From assembly GCA_963768255.1 (NCBI GenBank), contig CAVYGX010000005.1:35094-99093 (forward strand): a DNA stretch of 64,000 nt. The letters run 5' to 3'. This document shows, one piece after another, positions 58,635-64,000 of the stretch. Within the stretch, counting starts at the first letter, position 1, and each line of letters opens with the position of its first letter. The position numbers and the translations under genes are program-made. The notes beneath the pieces were generated by a model that worked only from the letters and a program-made list of their open reading frames with translations, was not told the origin of the DNA and ran no database searches. The DNA comes from an uncultured Acidimicrobiales bacterium. GTDB lineage: Bacteria; Actinomycetota; Acidimicrobiia; Acidimicrobiales; UBA8190.

Positions 58635-59210
58635 ATGCCGAACGCCGGTATCGTGAGCAACGTGTCGGAGACCGCCACCCGCTACGAGACCATCGCGGCG
58701 GGGTTCACCACCCGAGTCGCCAGCGTCACCTCCGACCAATGGTCGGAGCCGACACCCTGCTCAGATTGGACCGTCCGCGATCTGGTCGCCCACGTGATCG
58801 GGACGCAACGGGGTGTGTTGGCACGGCTCGACGCAACCGAGCCGGTCGGGACGGACCCGAGCGGCAGTCTGCCCGAGCAATGGCGAGAAGCCAGCCATGC
58901 GATCGCCGAAGCGGTGAACGACCCGACCCGAGCGTCCACCGTCGTGGGGGGAATGTTCGGCGAGCAGTCCTTCGTATCGCTCGTCGGGAGACTGGTGTGC
59001 ACCGACCTGCTCGTGCACACCTGGGACCTGGCCCGCGCCACCGGTCAGGACGAGCGGCTCGACGCCGGAGCCGTGGCGAGCTCCGCCCAGCTCCTCGCGT
59101 CGATGGACGACGCCATCCGCGTGCCCGGTGGGTTCGGGAAGAAGATCGCCCCCTCCCCTGAGGCGGACGATCAGACGAGGTTCCTCAACTTCTGCGGCCG
59201 CGCCGTCTGA
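58635..59210 (+). CDS. TIGR03086-family protein (mycothiol-dependent maleylpyruvate isomerase-like N-domain, DinB fold)
   Basis: ...YETIAAGFTTRVASVTSDQWSEPTPCSDWTVRDLVAHVIG...DLLVHTWDLARATG...FLNFCGR... is the family-typical pattern. ATG 58635 is preferred over 58593. Confidence 0.8.
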   Translation: MPNAGIVSNVSETATRYETIAAGFTTRVASVTSDQWSEPTPCSDWTVRDLVAHVIGTQRGVLARLDATEPVGTDPSGSLPEQWREASHAIAEAVNDPTRASTVVGGMFGEQSFVSLVGRLVCTDLLVHTWDLARATGQDERLDAGAVASSAQLLASMDDAIRVPGGFGKKIAPSPEADDQTRFLNFCGRAV

Positions 59211-59498
59211 TGGACGACGTCGAGGCCAGGTCCGCGGCCTGCAGCGGCACGACGTCGGGCGGGGCACGGGGACATCGAGCGAACCGTGGTCCACGTGCTC
59301 GACGGCACGGTGGTCATGGGGGCCACCCGGTCCGACGCCGAGCCACGGACGGTTCACGACCCGTCGTACATTGCCAGGGCCACCGGAGACCATCTGAATC
59401 GCCTGGTAGGGCATGATCCGATCCGCCTGGCTGTTTGGCGGCACCGCTGGAAACTCGCGCCCTGACGACCTAGGGATGAGTATTCGAACCTTGCTGGC

Positions 59499-60281
59499 TC
59501 ACGCGATGCGTGCACGCGCTGCCAACGCAGCGCCGGCTTGAGCGGCGATCGCCACGGCTACGATCAGTCGTTCACGTGACACAGGCCATCCGGGCGTCGG
59601 CACAAGCACGAATCTCCCAAGTGTCTTCCCGCCATAGTGGACAGGCAGGTCGAGATCCGAACCCGGCAGGCCCAAGGTCGAGACACCCCAGATCAGGCCG
59701 CCGTGCACAACCTGACCGTTCGAATGGATTGTCGTTCGATTCGATCTCGGCGTATCTGGCTGGTAGTTGCAACGCCGTAGACGAAGGAGGTGGGTCAGCT
59801 CATTGGAGGCGCGTTCGATGATCTCCGCCGCTGGCTCGCCTTGTGCCACCATCTCCCCCAAGTCGTGGATAAGCGCCACATAGTCGGCCTCTGCCGCCGC
59901 GACTCCCCGGTGATGGCGCCCCCTAGCAGCAAGCTCCGTCACGATGAGCCCCACCACAAACAGGCTGATCGTCGTCTCCAGATCGGCGCGGTGGCTGATG
60001 GCAAACCGCTCATAAGGCCGCGTCAGGAAGAAGTCGAACCACAACGCCGAGGACGCAGAGGCGACGACCCCCGCGAAACGGTTCCCCAAGATGGCAATGG
60101 CGGCGATGATGGCAACCAGGATGAGCGCAGCGGCTGTCCCTACTAAAGAGGCGCGAGCGGGGACCAGGGAAGCGCTGACACCGAGTGGCACAACGACGCC
60201 GCATATCTTGGCCAGTGAGGTCCTTCTGACCGCGGCAGCATGCCGTACTTGTCTCGTCAGATCACGCCAGTTCGGTGCCAT
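59499..60281 (-). CDS. DUF4118 (KdpD-type membrane domain) protein with an uncharacterised C-terminal domain and no kinase domain
   Basis: From ATG 60281: three or four TM helices with ...SALWFDFFLTRPYERFAISHRADLETTISLFVVGLIVTELA... (DUF4118-like), then a soluble region of about 130 aa. The upstream part of track ORF 59499-60785 is discarded. Confidence 0.7.
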   Translation of the reverse strand: MAPNWRDLTRQVRHAAAVRRTSLAKICGVVVPLGVSASLVPARASLVGTAAALILVAIIAAIAILGNRFAGVVASASSALWFDFFLTRPYERFAISHRADLETTISLFVVGLIVTELAARGRHHRGVAAAEADYVALIHDLGEMVAQGEPAAEIIERASNELTHLLRLRRCNYQPDTPRSNRTTIHSNGQVVHGGLIWGVSTLGLPGSDLDLPVHYGGKTLGRFVLVPTPGWPVSRERLIVAVAIAAQAGAALAARARIA

Positions 60282-60453
60282 GGGCCCGTACCTATTTCTG
60301 CAACCGCTCCGTATAATTCTTCGGCCGTCGTGAGCGAGCTCTCCGAGACAGACTCTACGTCGGGCGCCGGACGACTGCCGAGACGCACGCGGAGCGCGGC
60401 CTGTGTCACCTAGAGATGCTGGGTGGCAGCTAGCGAGCGGAGCCAGAGACCTT

Positions 60454-60861
60454 TCAGGGCCACATCCGCCAGCGTTCGATGACCAGGGCGAGCACGGGCC
60501 CGGGCGGGCGGGCCGAGCGATACTGCTCGTACTTTGCTGCCAACAGATCGAGGGCGCGGTCGCGCTCGACGTCATCGTCGACCGTCCGGGCGTTGCCGTC
60601 GACCCGCACCCACCACAACTTGGCCCAGTCTTCGTCGTAATGATCGACGAGCAGTGAGACGGCGCCGTTGGAACGGATGTTCTCCAACCGACGAAGGGCC
60701 AGCGTAGATTTCGGCTTGACGTCGTCGACAGCCGAGTAGACGGTCTCGATGTCGAGCGCAAAACAGCATGGGACGATATGAGCACTGTTGTCCACCGTCA
60801 CCGTGGCCAGATACCCGACTCGGGACGAGGTCAGGCGACGACGTGCTATGCGAGCATCCAC
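60454..60861 (-). CDS. PPOX-class F420-dependent oxidoreductase (TIGR03668-like)
   Basis: ARRRLTSSRVGYLATV...IVPCCFAL...DDVKPKS...LLVDHYDEDWAKLWWVRVDGNA. Confidence 0.85.
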   Translation of the reverse strand: MDARIARRRLTSSRVGYLATVTVDNSAHIVPCCFALDIETVYSAVDDVKPKSTLALRRLENIRSNGAVSLLVDHYDEDWAKLWWVRVDGNARTVDDDVERDRALDLLAAKYEQYRSARPPGPVLALVIERWRMWP

Positions 60862-60879
60862 GGCCCCGAGAGTATCGAG

Positions 60880-61821
60880 CTATCCGTCCAACAGGTCATG
60901 CGCACCATTGTTGACACAGGGATGGCGCAGCTTCGACATTGCCTTCGCCTCGATCTGGCGGATCCGCTCCCGGGTCAGGCTGAAGTGCTTGCCGACTTCT
61001 TCGAGGGTTCTGGGCTCACTTTGGTCGAGCCCGAAGCGCAGGCTGATGATGATCGCCTCGCGTTCGTCGAGCGGGGCCAGAAGGCGCTTGATCTCGTCGC
61101 TCAGAAGAGAGGCTGCCGCGTAATCGAAAGGAGAGATCGCGCTGTCATCCGGGACCAGGTCCCCGAAGTCACTATCACGCTCGTCGCCCAGCGGCTCGGA
61201 TAGAGAGAGGGGCTCAGACCTCCACCGCAGCGCCTCCACAAGCTTTTCCCGGGACAAATCGGTCTCCACGGCCAACTCGTCCAACGTGGGTCGGCGACTG
61301 AGCTTGAGTTCGAGCGACGTCCGGGACCAATGGATGCGCGTCAGCAGGTCCCCGGCGTGTGCCGGGAGGCGGATGGTTCGGCCGCTGTTCGAGATCCCGC
61401 GACTGATCGCTTGTCTGATCCACCAGGTGGCGTAGGTCGAGAACTTGAAACCCTTGTTCCAGTCGAACTTTCCCACTGCGTGGATCAGACCCAGGTTCCC
61501 CTCCTGGACCAGGTCCAAGAGCGGCAGTCCCGAGGCCTGATACTTCTTGGCGATGGAGACGACGAGCCGAAGATTTGCTTCGACGAAGGTGCGATGTGCC
61601 TCTTCGCCCTGCGCGACAACTCGACGAAGCTCCCTTCTCTTGACCGCGGTGAGTTCCATCGTCGACGTCTGGGTGAACGATGCCTCGCGACCTGCGTCGA
61701 TCATCTTCGCCAACCGAGTCTCGTCGTGCTTCGTCAACAGCGCATATTTTCCGATGCCCCGCAAATAAAGCTTGACGATGTCAGACTCGTCGTGTTCGAC
61801 ACGCTGTCCCGCTACCATCAC
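60880..61821 (-). CDS. RNA polymerase sigma-70 family factor (group 1/2-like, regions 1.2-4.2; no long region 1.1)
   Basis: DIVKLYLRGIGKYALLT, NLRLVVSIAKKY, DLVQEGNLGLIHAVGKFD, FSTYATWWIRQAISR, and LTRERIRQIEAKAMSKLRH. Confidence 0.9.
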   Translation of the reverse strand: MMVAGQRVEHDESDIVKLYLRGIGKYALLTKHDETRLAKMIDAGREASFTQTSTMELTAVKRRELRRVVAQGEEAHRTFVEANLRLVVSIAKKYQASGLPLLDLVQEGNLGLIHAVGKFDWNKGFKFSTYATWWIRQAISRGISNSGRTIRLPAHAGDLLTRIHWSRTSLELKLSRRPTLDELAVETDLSREKLVEALRWRSEPLSLSEPLGDERDSDFGDLVPDDSAISPFDYAAASLLSDEIKRLLAPLDEREAIIISLRFGLDQSEPRTLEEVGKHFSLTRERIRQIEAKAMSKLRHPCVNNGAHDLLDG

Positions 61822-62161
61822 GGCCTCCTCGGCACGGCGCGATCGAGCCCATCGTTCAGGATCACAAGGGTGGGCGCTTGGCGGTGAGTTGAAGTCGATG
61901 CCACACTCTCGACCGCCGTCGCTGGACCCGTACTCAACAGTACCAGGTCCTCGTCAAGCGAGACCCGGGATGTCACGATCTCGAAAGATCACTGACCTGT
62001 TCTGTGGTGTGTCGAAGCGACGATCACTCATGTGGCATGAGACCAACTACCATGGAATCGAGTCGACCCGGTCCCAACAGCCAGATGGCCGTTCCCGAGC
62101 GATGCATCGAGCTCGTGAGGGAGAGACGAAATGGCCACAGGAGCGGTCCACAGGTACGACA

Positions 62162-62608
62162 ATGCCCGGTTTGTCACATCCGGGAGACGAGTCGATTTTC
62201 CGGCACGGTGCGGTCCAGACGGGCTGCAGGCCTGGTCGGTGCCTTGTGCCTAGGGGACGAGAGCCACGATCTCGAGACAGCGATCGCGAAACCGATCGTG
62301 ACCGCAAGGAGTCGCGCGGTCCACGCCGAGGGAGCAGCGACGAGGACGCACTGCGCCTGCGCGAAGAGGGTCGGTCGTACGCGTCGGTGGCCCGATCTCT
62401 GAACCTGAAGCGCTCCAACGATGCGTTGGCCGCATTCTTGAGAGCACTCCACCAGCGTCCCGAAGCCGAGAAGGTCGACTTGATAAGTCGCGAGCGAGCG
62501 CGTCTGGACCAGCTCGAGGCTCGGATACGTGATCGCGACAAGGACGACCCCACCCGACTGGATCGTCGCCTCATCGCCCTCGAGAAACTCAGAAGTTCGC
62601 TCACCTGA
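62162..62608 (+). CDS. Hypothetical charged protein with a possible HTH (start uncertain)
   Basis: The C-terminal two thirds are coherent: ...SDEDALRLREEGRSYASVARSLNLKRSNDALAAFLRALHQRPEAEKVDLISRERARLDQLEARIRDRD.... Candidate starts are ATG 62162 or GTG 62246 inside track ORF 61772-62608. Confidence 0.3.
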   Translation: MPGLSHPGDESIFRHGAVQTGCRPGRCLVPRGREPRSRDSDRETDRDRKESRGPRRGSSDEDALRLREEGRSYASVARSLNLKRSNDALAAFLRALHQRPEAEKVDLISRERARLDQLEARIRDRDKDDPTRLDRRLIALEKLRSSLT

Positions 62609-62638
62609 GCTCTCTTCTGGTGCTGGGCGGAATCCCGC

Positions 62639-64000
62639 TCAGATGACCATGACGTTACAGGCCTCGTCGCCCTTACGGCCCGTCGTCATCTCGAAGCGGA
62701 CCTGCTGGCCTTGTCGGAGGACCTGGGGGGCGAGTCCCTGGATGCTGCTGGCATGCACGAAGACATCGCCGGCGCCGTCGGGTCTGGACAGAAACCCGTA
62801 GCCCTTCTTGGCGTCGAAGAACCTCACAGTGCCGACAGGTGATCCCGGTGTCCGGCGCCGCGCCACACGAGGCGTGGCACTCCGGGGCCCTTGGACACGC
62901 GCATTGCGGCGTGCGGGTGAGGCGCTGGCCTTGGGCTTGGGCTTGACGCCCGGAGCGCGACGACGTCCTGAGACCACCGTTTCAACGGGTCGCTCGTGCT
63001 CGGAAGGGGCGTCAGGAACCGCCTTCGGTGCGCTCAAGCCGCGGCCCGGACTCCCCGAAGCCGCCCTGGGGTGAATCACGGTTTCGAAGCCGAGGGAACG
63101 CTGCAGGACCCGGTTGGCCGACCGCTGCTCCTCCCCCACGAGCGATACCACCGTCCCGGCTTTCCCCGCCCGTCCCGTACGCCCCGAACGGTGCAGGTAG
63201 TCGGTGTGGTCAGCAGGCGGGTCGTAGTGGACGACACAGGGCAGGTCTTCGACGTGAATACCTCGAGCCGCCACGTCGGTGGCGACGAGGGCCCGGGCCC
63301 GGCCGTCGGCAAAAGCGGCCAGGGCGCGCTCACGTTGTCCCTGGGTCTTGCCCCCGTGGATGGCGAGGGCCTTCACGCCGCCGGTGTTCAGTTGCACGGT
63401 CACCCGATCCGCACCGCGGCGAGTTCGGCAGAAGACGAGCGCTCGACCGTGCTCACCGACGAGGGAGACGGTCACCGGGACGCGTTCTTGTCGAGGGACA
63501 CTCCAAAAAAGGTGGGAAACGTCAGAGGAGTCGAGCTCCTCGCTCACCACGTCGTGGCGAGCGGGGTGGGTTTGATAGCGCTTGACGAGGGTCTCGATCT
63601 CGGGCCCCATCGTGGCCGAGAACAACATCACCTGGCGCTCGGGCGCGGTCAGATCCAAGAGGCGCCGCACGGAGGGAAGGAACCCCATGTCGGCCATGCG
63701 GTCCGCCTCGTCCACGACGACCGTTCTGACCGCGCTCGAGATTGATGGCGCCCTGCGCCACGAGGTCCTCGAGGCGCCCAGGGCAGGCGACGACGGTATC
63801 GACTCCTCGAGCCAGGGCCTGGCGGGTCGGTCCGTACCCGGTCCCACCGTAGATGGCGATCACGCGCCCACGGCCCTGTCCCGAGAGCAACGCCAGCTCG
63901 CGTTGCACTTGGGCGGCCAACTCTCGGGTGGGGACAAGGATCAGCGCCCCGGGGCGCCCCGGCTTCGAACCGCTGGTCCGGCTGACGACCGCCAACCCGA
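62639..64000 (-). CDS. DEAD-box RNA helicase with C-terminal cold-shock domain; N-terminus beyond the window; reading frame disrupted
   Basis: PTRELAAQV, VVVDEADRMADMGF (motif II), LFSAT, ...HRSGRTGRAG (motif VI), a Lys/Arg/Pro-rich linker, then the CSD GTVRFFDAKKGYGFLSRPDGAGDVFVHASS. ...LEDLVAQGAINL (frame of 63522-63995) joins SAVRTVVVDEADRM only after removing one base near 63735-63740. Confidence 0.85.

Noticed and set aside
10768-63995. Programmed ribosomal frameshifting as an explanation for the split genes.
   Set aside because: The breaks occur in eight unrelated genes. I could see no shared slippery heptamer or downstream structure. They go in both +1 and -1 directions, and several sit at simple G/C homopolymers. 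Indel error or decay is more parsimonious.
1-64000. CRISPR arrays, rRNA genes, prophage or conjugation modules, and recognisable defence systems (RM, TA, Cas, retron, and similar).
   Set aside because: No regularly spaced direct repeats were seen. Apart from the IS256 transposase, there are no nuclease, methylase, reverse-transcriptase or integrase signatures in any ORF translation. The only tandem DNA repeats are coding repeats inside 52228-53496.

Overview
High-GC actinobacterial-type chromosomal segment. F420-type PPOX, TIGR03086/DinB-like, WYL, Lrp and TetR genes and GTGA/ATGA-coupled operons point to Actinomycetota; the lineage cannot be fixed by eye. It is densely coded on both strands with about 70 protein genes. 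I found no rRNA, tRNA or CRISPR array.

Main blocks:
- 1-9.7 kb: signalling and hydrolase genes, including two class III nucleotidyl cyclases, one of them fused to a DUF4242 (SCO4226-like) domain.
- 10.7-20.8 kb: envelope and glycan genes, namely lipoproteins, a polytopic membrane protein, a GH114-like and a GH26-like hydrolase.
- 23.4-26 kb: a tightly coupled SDR / QueA-like / ArsR-SufR-like operon behind a strikingly AT-rich leader.
- 26-37.3 kb: a large amine (GABA/polyamine-type) catabolic cluster with three class III aminotransferases, an aldehyde dehydrogenase, a saccharopine-dehydrogenase-like enzyme, an FAD oxidase, an APC permease, a USP and an Lrp regulator.
- 38-47.6 kb: housekeeping and detox genes (quinone oxidoreductase, TetR plus haloalkane dehalogenase, Cys-type sulfatase, Nudix/Zn-ribbon/His-phosphatase operon, M50 protease, PaiB, AKR).
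- 47.8-50.2 kb: a phytanoyl-CoA-dioxygenase-family gene split by an IS256-family element with intact target-site duplication.
- 50.2-53.6 kb: a lower-GC patch of hypothetical genes, including a secreted repeat/beta-propeller protein.
- 53.6-58.5 kb: kdpFABC with a translationally coupled OB-fold gene and no kdpDE.
- 59.5-61.8 kb: a sigma-70 / F420-PPOX / DUF4118 operon.
- 62.6 kb to the window edge: a DEAD-box helicase with a C-terminal cold-shock domain.

Caveat: at least eight well-recognisable genes need a single-base frame correction, several at G/C homopolymers. This means either indel errors in the assembly or real pseudogenes, and the sequence alone cannot decide which.

All calls come from reading the supplied ORF translations and hand-translating selected stretches. 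No database search was run.
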